A stretch of 64,000 bases of DNA. It comes from a virus. Its lineage: Duplodnaviria > Caudoviricetes. Positions 1 to 7,896 of the stretch are shown here, piece after piece; position 1 is the stretch's first letter, and each line of letters begins with the position of its first letter. The notes beneath the pieces were generated by a model. That model did not search any database, was not told the origin of the DNA, and saw only the letters and a program-made list of their open reading frames with translations. The DNA lies in IMG/VR virus record IMGVR_UViG_2934377003_000001, positions 1-64,000 of that record; one strand, written 5' to 3'. The position numbers were made by a program, and so were the translations under genes.

Positions 1-119
1 GACGAACCTCCAAGGCAGCCCCGAGCAGCATCAGACTAGGCGATTAGGCGCAAAAGCGGCGCATGGGGTGAGGGAGACGTGGAACTCCGACTCCCGACCC
101 CACAGGAACGGAGCCACCA

Positions 120-371
120 ATGATCGTCAAGAAGCTGCACGACACGGGCGTCAAAAGCGAGCACGCCTACCTCGCCGCGTTCGCGTCCATCGGCCTCACC
201 GTCGCCGCCTGGGCCGCCAGTCTCAAAGCCGAACCCGTCGGCGGCGTCGCCCGCGCCGACCGCTGGGGCCTCTTCGTCGGCGAATGGGCGCCCACCTTCT
301 TCGGCCTCGGCCTCGCCCTCTCCCACTACGAGCAGCAGGACGGCAGCCTCACCCACATCCACGAGAGCTGA
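120..371 (+). CDS. Small membrane protein, hypothetical
   Basis: GGAG before ATG, two hydrophobic segments, GC3-rich codons, downstream hairpin. Confidence 0.75.
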   Translation: MIVKKLHDTGVKSEHAYLAAFASIGLTVAAWAASLKAEPVGGVARADRWGLFVGEWAPTFFGLGLALSHYEQQDGSLTHIHES

Positions 372-396
372 GCCAGCCGGCCCCCGGCACCGTGGC

Positions 397-428
397 AGCG
401 CCCGCCTCTGACGGAAGGGGCGGGCGCT
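397..428. terminator. GC-rich hairpin, probable terminator
   Basis: AGCGCCCGCCTC...GGGGCGGGCGCT after the stop at 371. Confidence 0.5.
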
Positions 429-471
429 TCCTCCGGAACCACTGTCAGTGCCACCGGGCAAGATGCGTCCC

Positions 472-657
472 ATGACCGCAACGATGCAGAGCTTCGGCTT
501 CACCTGGACCGCCCCCGACGGCACCCGACGGGCCTCAGCCGTCGCCTACGACCGGGTATCCGCCGACCGGCAGCGCCGCGAGCTGGAGACCGCCGGAGCC
601 CGCGACATCAACGAGGTGACCGTCAAGCCCGGGGAACTGCCGAAGCTGGAGGGATGA
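472..657 (+). CDS. Hypothetical protein
   Basis: GC3-rich ORF MTATMQSFGFTWTAPDG...; start uncertain. Confidence 0.6.
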   Translation: MTATMQSFGFTWTAPDGTRRASAVAYDRVSADRQRRELETAGARDINEVTVKPGELPKLEG

Positions 658-666
658 ACGCGCGCC

Positions 667-1314
667 CTACGGTGCGGGCTCGTAGTCGACGGTCTCCTGC
701 CCGCACCCGCCGGCCAGCTCGGCGAGCGCCTCCCGCTCCGGCTCGTCGACGCTCAAGCCCCAGCGGAGTTTCGTGCCCACCCAGTCGGCGAGGTACGTGC
801 AGCGGGCGTCCGCGAGAGGCGGCAGCCAGTCCGCCGGGTCCTGATCGGATTTGCTGCGGTTGGTGCGGGCAGTCACGGCCACCAGGGACCGTTCGGCGTC
901 GAGGTCGTTGGCGTACTGCTCCCGCCGTTCCGCCGACCACGCGCTTGCACCCGAGTCCCACGCCTCGGCGAGCGGCACCATGTGGTCGATGTCCAAACCA
1001 CCCGGGGCGGTCACCGTCACGCCGTCGTAGTACGAGAACCACTCCCCCGCCGTCACCTTGCAGCCCGAACCGACCGTGGCCGGCACCCGCGACTCGGCGA
1101 TCAGCACCTCCATGCGCGTGTTGCAGCTGTCCTTGTCGGCGTCGACCCAGTGCTTGAAGGCGCTGCGGGTGTAGCCGTCGCGGGATTCGTCGGCCACCGG
1201 TAGGGCGGCGACCGCGTCAGCGATCGGCAGCGCCTCCGCAGGTGCGGCGGCAGCAGGAGCAGCGAGAGGCAGGGCGAGGAGAGCGGCAGCAAGCAGGCCG
1301 CGTGCGGTGATCAT
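667..1314 (-). CDS. Secreted HNH nuclease, DUF1524-like
   Basis: Signal peptide ending in AxA motifs; DIDHMVPLAEAW and NRSKSDQDP His-Me finger motifs. Confidence 0.85.
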   Translation of the reverse strand: MITARGLLAAALLALPLAAPAAAAPAEALPIADAVAALPVADESRDGYTRSAFKHWVDADKDSCNTRMEVLIAESRVPATVGSGCKVTAGEWFSYYDGVTVTAPGGLDIDHMVPLAEAWDSGASAWSAERREQYANDLDAERSLVAVTARTNRSKSDQDPADWLPPLADARCTYLADWVGTKLRWGLSVDEPEREALAELAGGCGQETVDYEPAP

Positions 1315-1410
1315 GCGTCGGTGATATCGGAACACGCCATCCCCAGCGGCAGGTTCAACGACACGTCACCCAAGTGCAGGCACTCATCAGACCGGCGAGC
1401 GACCACCAGA

Positions 1411-1444
1411 GACCCCGCCGCGACGGGGGATGCGCGACGGGGTC
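1411..1444. terminator. Hairpin after the zinc-ribbon gene
   Basis: GACCCCGCCGCG...CGCGACGGGGTC. Confidence 0.45.
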
Positions 1445-1473
1445 AAGGCCAGTCTGGCACGAAGGGCTGACGC

Positions 1474-2781
1474 TCAGCGCGTCAACGCTGCGACAGCCCT
1501 CAGGTCGTCGGAGTCGAAGACGACGGCCGTGTCTACGTCGAGGTCCACCACGTCAGGCGACCCAGTCGTTCCGGCGGCTTCGAGGATGTCGCCGGCGTCG
1601 ACGACGATCGGGCGGGTGGAGAGCCCAGGCTGGTCCGTGAACCACTCGCCCACCAGATCTATGACGTCCGTGAGGGCTGCCGCCGGGAAGTATTCGACGC
1701 CTCGCGTGGACACCCATCCCTCCCTGTCGAGCCCGGCGAGGACGAACGTCTCCAGCGCCCTCGCCATACCGAGGGGTAGTCCCTGGATCCGAAGATGCTG
1801 TGCCTTCAGGCCGTCCTCGGCGTGCTGTCGCAGCCGGTTGTAGCCCTTGCCGGAGCTGATGCCGGGCTTCACGGTCTCCTTGCCGGTGGTGACGTCGAGC
1901 CCGCTCACGACGTAGTAGACGTCGTGGGGTGGGACGGCGCCGCCGTACATCCCGCGCGGGCATTCGGGGCACCCTCGCTTCATCTTGTTCGGGATGAGGC
2001 CGAACTCGTGCCCGGCGAAGCAGACCGCCCGGTGGGCACGGGACTTGGCTATCCACTGTGACTCAAGCACCGTGATCCCGAGATCCTTGGCCTGCTCCAG
2101 GAACTCCTGGAACTGGGCCAGCCTTCCGCAATCGCCACAGAAGTCCGAACGGATGGCGTCGCGTCCATCCGGACTGTCGACGTAGAACGTGTGCAGGTGG
2201 CCGCGACGGCATCTGACTTCGGCGGCGTTGCGATACCTCTTCACCACGGTGGATCGAGTCTCTCGGAGAACCTGCTCGATCTTGGCGAACCCTTCCGCTG
2301 CCCTGGCAGCCACCCGACAGTCGGGGCACAGGATGTCGACCGGCTCGCCGCGCCAACTCCTCGCGTCACGCCCAGACAACTGGGAGCGATGCCCTTTCGG
2401 GCACGTCGCCGCGAACACGACGTGCCCCTCCCCGAACTCGTCCCGCTCGTCCGTGGCCGTAAGTTTGATGCCCTCAGCTTGAGCGGCGGACTCCAGGCGG
2501 ACCAGGCACTCGGCAACCCAGACGGCGTTGTAGCACTTCTTGCACCACGACTCGCTAGGGTCCAACCCGAAGGGCCGAGGTGTGGTCACGAGATCCAACG
2601 CGGTGACGCTGAACTCGTGCCCCGCGCTGCACTGGACTTCGGTCCAGCCGGTCAGGCCGCGCCCCTCCGTTATCGTCCACCCCTGCCGCTGGCACGCTTG
2701 ATGGAACAGGTTCAGCAGCGCGCTGATATGCGGAGCGGCCTCGGCGTGCACATCCCAGGGCTCCACCCGGCTGTCCGTCAC
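1474..2781 (-). CDS. Protein with four zinc-ribbon repeats and a C-terminal GIY-YIG/T5orf172-like domain
   Basis: Four CxxGH...CxxC units, then YYVV...VKPGIS...RLRQH...LE...GVEYF; GTGA overlap with the resolvase stop. Confidence 0.7.
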   Translation of the reverse strand: MTDSRVEPWDVHAEAAPHISALLNLFHQACQRQGWTITEGRGLTGWTEVQCSAGHEFSVTALDLVTTPRPFGLDPSESWCKKCYNAVWVAECLVRLESAAQAEGIKLTATDERDEFGEGHVVFAATCPKGHRSQLSGRDARSWRGEPVDILCPDCRVAARAAEGFAKIEQVLRETRSTVVKRYRNAAEVRCRRGHLHTFYVDSPDGRDAIRSDFCGDCGRLAQFQEFLEQAKDLGITVLESQWIAKSRAHRAVCFAGHEFGLIPNKMKRGCPECPRGMYGGAVPPHDVYYVVSGLDVTTGKETVKPGISSGKGYNRLRQHAEDGLKAQHLRIQGLPLGMARALETFVLAGLDREGWVSTRGVEYFPAAALTDVIDLVGEWFTDQPGLSTRPIVVDAGDILEAAGTTGSPDVVDLDVDTAVVFDSDDLRAVAALTR

Positions 2782-3347
2782 GTGCGCTCCAGGTGGCGGT
2801 AGATGGTGGGGCGGCTGACGCCGAACTCGTCGGCGATCTGCTGCACGGTGTACTTGCGCTTGCCGTCCGCTCCGAGCTCGTCGTACATCTGCTGGGCGAG
2901 CTGGATCTGGCGGGGGCGGAGCTTGGGCTTCTGCCCGCCGGTCCGGCCACGGGCGCGTGCGGCTTCGAGGCCCTGCTTGGTGCGCTCGACCATGAGGGAG
3001 TGCTCGAATTGGGCGATGGCGCCGAGGATGTGGAAGAACATCTCGCCGACGGGCGTGCTGGTGTCGATGCCCTGGTCCAGGACTTCGAGGGCGACGCCTC
3101 GTTCACGGAACAGGTCGGATAGGTCCATGAGGTTACGCAGGGAGCGGCCGAGCCGGTCCAGCTTGGTGATGACGAGATGGTCGCCCTCCCGGAGCGCGAC
3201 GAGCGCTTTGTCGAGTTCGGGGCGTGAGGCGAGCTTGCCGCTCAGCTTGTCGATGAAGATCTGATCGCAGCCGGCGGTTTCGAGGGCGTCGCGCTGAGCT
3301 TCGGGGTGTTGGTCGGTGGTTGAGACGCGTCCGTAGCCGATTCGCAT
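2778..3347 (-). CDS. Small serine recombinase (resolvase/invertase family)
   Basis: MRIGYGRVST catalytic Ser motif, KLDRLGRS, C-terminal HTH IADEFGVSRPTIYRHL. Confidence 0.95.
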   Translation of the reverse strand: MRIGYGRVSTTDQHPEAQRDALETAGCDQIFIDKLSGKLASRPELDKALVALREGDHLVITKLDRLGRSLRNLMDLSDLFRERGVALEVLDQGIDTSTPVGEMFFHILGAIAQFEHSLMVERTKQGLEAARARGRTGGQKPKLRPRQIQLAQQMYDELGADGKRKYTVQQIADEFGVSRPTIYRHLERT

Positions 3348-3349
3348 GC

Positions 3350-3490
3350 CTCAGTGTATTGCAAAAGGGGGAGCGCGTTACATAGATGCGGACACGGGTT
3401 CCCTTACAGCAGCACCCCAGGATGGCCCAGTTGATGGCAGATGGCTCACAGACGTTCGTTTGCGGACACACGCTTCAGTCGACGTTGCGC
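3350..3490. promoter_or_regulatory. Candidate res site and promoter of the resolvase
   Basis: Relatively AT-rich intergenic DNA with TGCGGACAC repeated at 3387-3395 and 3461-3469. Confidence 0.35.
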
Positions 3491-3621
3491 TACCTCATCC
3501 CCGGGACCCTCTCCGCCGCGGCGCCGACACCCCCTCCCCCTGTCACGGTTCGGCGACTCGTGTGCACATTTTCATCACACGTGCTCTACGGTGTCGTCAC
3601 GCAACCTAGGGGGGTTCCACC

Positions 3622-4236
3622 ATGTCGTTCAATCAGCCGCCTGCCCAGCCGCCGTACCCGGGGCAGCCTCCGGTGCCGCCCGGCCCGCAGCGGGGCGGGC
3701 CGAAGTGGGCGCGGAAGCGGTACGTGATCCCGGCCGCCGTCCTCACCCTGTTCGTTGGAGTCGGCATCGGCTCCGCAGGTGCCGGCGAGGAGAAGACGAG
3801 CAGCGAGGCGAAGCCGCAGCCGACCGTGACCGTCACCGAGTCCGCTGCTGCGGCGAAGCCGGCGAAGGACGACGCGAAGCCGGCGCCGACCGTCACGGTG
3901 ACGAAGACGGTGAAGCCGGAGGCAGAGGAGAAGCCCGCCGACGAGGCGTCGTCGGGTGAGGTGGTGTTCAAGGCGTGGGGTTCGGGCCCGGCTGGGGTCG
4001 ACATCAACTACGGCAGCGACTCCGACAGCCGGTCCGGTAAGGGTCTGCCGTTCGAGAAGACGCTGAAGCTCGACGGTGACGCCCTCTACTACCACGTGTC
4101 GGCCCAGCTGATGGGCAGCGGCGACATCAACTGCTCGGTGACGGTCGGCGGTGAGACGAAGAAGGGCCACGCGGAGGGCGACTACAACATCTGCACAGCC
4201 CAGCTGAACAGTGGCCTGCTGGGCGGCTGGGACTGA
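3622..4236 (+). CDS. Single-pass membrane protein with MmpS-like extracellular domain
   Basis: Pro-rich N-terminus, TM helix, PTVTVT linker, beta domain with two Cys. Confidence 0.75.
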   Translation: MSFNQPPAQPPYPGQPPVPPGPQRGGPKWARKRYVIPAAVLTLFVGVGIGSAGAGEEKTSSEAKPQPTVTVTESAAAAKPAKDDAKPAPTVTVTKTVKPEAEEKPADEASSGEVVFKAWGSGPAGVDINYGSDSDSRSGKGLPFEKTLKLDGDALYYHVSAQLMGSGDINCSVTVGGETKKGHAEGDYNICTAQLNSGLLGGWD

Positions 4237-4253
4237 CCCGGAAACGTCGAAGG

Positions 4254-4284
4254 CGCCCCGCCCTCCACAGTGGAGGGCGGGGCG
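4254..4284. terminator. Bidirectional hairpin terminator
   Basis: CGCCCCGCCCTCCAC-A-GTGGAGGGCGGGGCG between convergent genes. Confidence 0.75.
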
Positions 4285-4454
4285 TTGTCATGCCGACTGC
4301 TCGTCGGGTAGACCGGGGTAGACCGGTTCCTGGAACGGCTGCGTAGCCGGTTCGGGGATGGGCTGCGGGTCGATGCGGCCCATGCGTTCGAGGCTGGCCG
4401 TGTCGGCGGCGCCCGGGTCGGGCCGGGGCTGCAGCGGAATCGGGTCGGACATGG

Positions 4455-4817
4455 TCAGACTCCAGTTCGGTTGTACTCGTCGACCAGAGGATGCGCAGGC
4501 TCAGGGTCGATGCCGGCGCGGAGCATCTGGCGTGCCCACCGGTCGGTGGTCCAGGCGAAGGCGCTGACGACGCGTTCCAGGCGGGACATCTTGCCGCGTA
4601 GCTGCCCGTTCTCTTCGTCGACGCGGCGGACGGTGGCTTCGAGGACGGCGAGGTTGGCGGCCTGCTGTGCGGGGGCGGCGTTGGCTCGGGCCGCGGCTTC
4701 GGTGGCTGCGGCTGTGGCCTGGCCGGCGCGGACGGTGGCGCGGGAGACGAACCAGCCTCCGCCTCCGAGGACGCTTCCGGCGGCCGTGATGATTCCCGCC
4801 CATTCGCCGACGTTCAT
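4455..4817 (-). CDS. Lysis-cassette membrane/coiled-coil protein
   Basis: MNVGEWAGIITAAG TM segment then coiled coil; ATGA overlap with the upstream gene. Confidence 0.7.
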   Translation of the reverse strand: MNVGEWAGIITAAGSVLGGGGWFVSRATVRAGQATAAATEAAARANAAPAQQAANLAVLEATVRRVDEENGQLRGKMSRLERVVSAFAWTTDRWARQMLRAGIDPEPAHPLVDEYNRTGV

Positions 4818-5254
4818 GCGGCCTTGCCTCTCCGGGGCCGCGGAGCTGGGGGGACCGAGTATTCGGGCACCGTGGCCGCCCACATGATGACCCCGACGTG
4901 CGAGGTCAGATACCAGATGGCGACGAAGCCGCCGCGTGAGTAGTCGCCGGTGATGACGGCGACGGTGTAGGCGAGGGCCCACACGGTGGGGGGAGCGAGT
5001 GCGGCGAGGAAGCCGAGCCAGTCCCGGCCAACTTTGACGAGTGCTGCGGCGAGGGTGCCGATGCCGCAGCCGATCCACAGCCACGCCCAGTGGCGAAGGC
5101 TGCACACGCTGGTGAGCAGGGTGAGGCCGTGGTCGCCGGGAGGGTCGACGAGGAACGAGATGCCCCAGCAGGTTTGTCCGACGCCGAGGATGGCGAGGAA
5201 TGCGCCGCGGCGGCCCAGCTTCTTCTGTAGCCGCCGGGCCGCACGGCACCCCAT
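4814..5254 (-). CDS. Lysis-cassette multi-pass membrane protein
   Basis: About four TM helices; TGATG coupling to the holin. Confidence 0.7.
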   Translation of the reverse strand: MGCRAARRLQKKLGRRGAFLAILGVGQTCWGISFLVDPPGDHGLTLLTSVCSLRHWAWLWIGCGIGTLAAALVKVGRDWLGFLAALAPPTVWALAYTVAVITGDYSRGGFVAIWYLTSHVGVIMWAATVPEYSVPPAPRPRRGKAA

Positions 5255-5616
5255 CAGACCGTCCGCTGGGGTTCGGCCGCGGCTGGCGTGCTCGGGTTGG
5301 CGGGGGCGACCTGGCCGCGGGTGAGGAGGGCGAGTCCGGCGAGGACGACGGCGTTGAGGGCGCCGATCTTCTCGGTGGACAGGTCGAGGCCGTAGGCGGC
5401 GAGGAGTGCGGCGACGGCGGCGACGAGGCCGGTGAACGCGGCCGGTGCGATCGGCCGGGTGATCGCGGCGGTGGCGGCGGCGAACACGGCGCTGATGACG
5501 GCGACGATCGCGCCGGCCTGTTCCGCGGACAGGCCGAACCCGAACGTGACGAGCAGGCTGAGGCCCGCGGACACGCCGGCGATGATGAGGGCAGGCTCTC
5601 TGCCGAAGATCTTCAT
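5254..5616 (-). CDS. Putative holin
   Basis: MKIFGREPAL start, several TM helices, directly downstream of the endolysin. Confidence 0.75.
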   Translation of the reverse strand: MKIFGREPALIIAGVSAGLSLLVTFGFGLSAEQAGAIVAVISAVFAAATAAITRPIAPAAFTGLVAAVAALLAAYGLDLSTEKIGALNAVVLAGLALLTRGQVAPANPSTPAAAEPQRTV

Positions 5617-5643
5617 GGGTGCTCCTGGTAGAGGTCGGGTGGG

Positions 5644-6717
5644 TCAGAGGGCCCAGAGGTGGGCCTTGAGTTCGGCCCGCTTGAGGACGAGGGGGCTGTC
5701 GCTGTAGTGGGCGATCTGGAACTTGACGCGCCGGTCCTTGCCGATGACGCCGACGGCAGGGATGTAGCTGTAGGTGCCGCCGCTGGAGCCGATGACCTCG
5801 GTCGGCGGGAACGCCTTCACTGTCCGGCCCTCGGCGATGCTGTCTTCGACGAGGCGGATCTGGAGCTCGTCGCCGCGGGCGAGGTCGTCGGTGTAGACGT
5901 AGAGGACGCCGTTGTAGTGGGCGCTGGTGGCGAAGGTCTGCCCGCCGTCGTAGTGCTGCTTGAGGTCGTCGACCCATTCGGTGTCGAACGCGATGGTCTT
6001 CCACGTGTCGGGCTGGAGGGTGAGCGGCTTCGTCATGCCGAGGCTCGTGTAGGCGGGCATCGGGTCGGCCTCCTTCGTGGGCGCGGTGTCGGGGGCGGTG
6101 GTGGTGCCGGCGGCGCGGGCGAGGATCTCCGCCATCGGCAGGGCACCCGGATCCCCGTGCTGGTTTTCGGCGACGTGCTGATGTCCGCAGTGCCCGCGGA
6201 AGTTGGACCACTGCGCGCCGGTCATGCGGACGCTGGAGTTGCCGTAGCTGCTGGGGTAGGCCTTGAAGGTGAGGCCGCTGGTGAGCGGGACGCCGTGCTG
6301 TTCGTGCGCCCACCGGGCGAACGCGGCCAGGTCCCGGATCACCCAGTCGGGCAGCTCGGGCGTGTACAGGTGCGGGGTGCTGCCCCACTTCTTGTGGGCG
6401 GTCGGGTCGCACGTGCCGACGATCTCCACCTGCACCGCGTTGAGGGTGTTCGTCTCCACGCCGCCCGGCTGGTTGACGAGGGCGCGGGCGGACTCGTCGA
6501 AGTCGAAGTGCTGGTACCAGACGAGCCGCCGGGCGGCGAAGTCCGGCTTGGCGGTGAAGTTCGGCGCCGACGCGCCGCCGCCGTAGGTGGGCACCGACGT
6601 GCCCTCCGTGGTGTGCCACACCACGACGTTCGACTCCATCGCCGACCCCGGGTACTTCGATCCGTACCAGTAGGCGGTGGACGCGCCGGGGTAGCGCTGT
6701 GGGCCGGTGCGGGTCAT
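5644..6717 (-). CDS. Endolysin, N-acetylmuramoyl-L-alanine amidase type
   Basis: VVWHTTEG, VQVEIVG and GHQHVAENQHGDPG zinc-amidase motifs; GGAGG RBS. Confidence 0.85.
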   Translation of the reverse strand: MTRTGPQRYPGASTAYWYGSKYPGSAMESNVVVWHTTEGTSVPTYGGGASAPNFTAKPDFAARRLVWYQHFDFDESARALVNQPGGVETNTLNAVQVEIVGTCDPTAHKKWGSTPHLYTPELPDWVIRDLAAFARWAHEQHGVPLTSGLTFKAYPSSYGNSSVRMTGAQWSNFRGHCGHQHVAENQHGDPGALPMAEILARAAGTTTAPDTAPTKEADPMPAYTSLGMTKPLTLQPDTWKTIAFDTEWVDDLKQHYDGGQTFATSAHYNGVLYVYTDDLARGDELQIRLVEDSIAEGRTVKAFPPTEVIGSSGGTYSYIPAVGVIGKDRRVKFQIAHYSDSPLVLKRAELKAHLWAL

Positions 6718-6934
6718 GGGTGCCTCCGGTGGGTGTGCGGGCGGGTGCCCCATACAGCAGTAGACCTTTGAATCGTAGGCCACAGCCTACGATTAGCCTA
6801 CGTTTCTCAGGTGGTTGGGTTATGGTGCGGTGGATGAGGAGGCGACCCGTTTCGGTCTCCTCACGTGGTGGGCCTGGCCGTGCGGGTCCGGGCCCACCAC
6901 CAAACCCGCACCACCCGCACCGGAGGCACCCATG
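6715..6934. repeat. 17-bp perfect inverted repeat flanking the divergent control region
   Basis: CATGGGTGCCTCCGGTG at 6715-6731 and CACCGGAGGCACCCATG at 6918-6934. Confidence 0.85.
6771..6802. promoter_or_regulatory. Palindromic operator or bidirectional promoter element
   Basis: AATCGTAGGC-CACA-GCCTACGATT plus a third half-site AGCCTACG; gives TACGAT on both strands. Confidence 0.55.
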
Positions 6935-7099
6935 GCCAAGCACGACCCCTGCCCTCAGGATCCGGTTACGCATCTCGCCGCTGCCACCGTGCAGTTGCAC
7001 GAGCTGTACGGGGCATACATCGCGGCAGGGTTCACCGAGGCGCAGGCGTTGGAGCTGGTCAAGGTGGTCTTGGCTGTGAGTATGGGCGGTGCCGGTTGA
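6932..7099 (+). CDS. Hypothetical protein
   Basis: GGAGG RBS; LHELYGAYIAAGFTEAQALELV. Confidence 0.7.
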   Translation: MAKHDPCPQDPVTHLAAATVQLHELYGAYIAAGFTEAQALELVKVVLAVSMGGAG

Positions 7100-7431
7100 C
7101 CAGCAAGGATGCCGCCCGCTACGCCCGGTACGCGGAAGCCGTGAGCACCATCATCGGCTACCCCTCGAAGGCCATGGTCCGCGCGCTCATGGACGTGGCC
7201 GACGCCGAACTCGCCGAACAGGAACAGCCCGACCCGCTCGTCGGACGCCTCATCGCCTGCACCGACCCCACCACCGGCCACGTCCTCGCCGTCGGCAAAG
7301 TCACCGACGTCGACCGCACCAGCGGCAGCCTGCGGCTCACCGCCACGCAGTACGAGAAACCTGACGCACCCAGTGTGGACGCCGAGCCGGCAACCCTCCC
7401 GCCCGGCGCCGTTGATAGCGACGTGCCATGA
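7096..7431 (+). CDS. Hypothetical protein
   Basis: TTGA overlap with the previous gene, C3-rich codons. Confidence 0.55.
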   Translation: MTSKDAARYARYAEAVSTIIGYPSKAMVRALMDVADAELAEQEQPDPLVGRLIACTDPTTGHVLAVGKVTDVDRTSGSLRLTATQYEKPDAPSVDAEPATLPPGAVDSDVP

Positions 7432-7661
7432 GTTCCGGCTGGGTCCTGGTCGCCGCCGAGACGGTCACCACCCTCCTGCTGGCCGCCTACAACATCCGCC
7501 TGGCCCGCGCCTGCGCCCGCTCCGCACGAGAGGCCAAGGCATTGGGGCGCCTCGCCGACGAGTCCGCCAACCGGGCCGAGGAATCCGCCCGGCGGGCACT
7601 CGCCTCGTTCCCGCCCGCTACCCGCGCCCGACTAGAACACCAAGCTGCGGCCCGTAGGTAG
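7428..7661 (+). CDS. Small membrane/coiled-coil protein
   Basis: ATGA overlap, N-terminal hydrophobic helix. Confidence 0.55.
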   Translation: MSSGWVLVAAETVTTLLLAAYNIRLARACARSAREAKALGRLADESANRAEESARRALASFPPATRARLEHQAAARR

Positions 7662-7896
7662 CCCGGAACTGGTCCGGCGTCCACGCCCGCCCCGCCGCGA
7701 GGAACACCGGATCCACCCGCACCCCACCCGCGCTCGCCGGGTCGGTGACCAGCACCCAGCCGACGACCACTCCCCCGCCCGGCACTCCCGTCGTGTCCGT
7801 GCCCGGCGGAGCCGTCACATCCGCGCGCAGCCCATCAAACGCCGGCAGCATCCCCAGCACACCGCCCGCGCCGTCGCCGTCCGCCACGATCAGCAT
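7618..7896 (-). CDS. Hypothetical protein at the end of the tail operon
   Basis: TGATG coupling to the tailspike stop. Confidence 0.55.
   Translation of the reverse strand: MLIVADGDGAGGVLGMLPAFDGLRADVTAPPGTDTTGVPGGGVVVGWVLVTDPASAGGVRVDPVFLAAGRAWTPDQFRATYGPQLGVLVGRG

Noticed and set aside
2778-3347. Phage integrase
   Set aside because: 189 aa with only catalytic and HTH domains; lacks the large C-terminal domains of serine integrases
4814-7000. Single 728-aa ORF
   Set aside because: Only 4814-5254 looks coding; the rest is an alternate frame of the endolysin and holin
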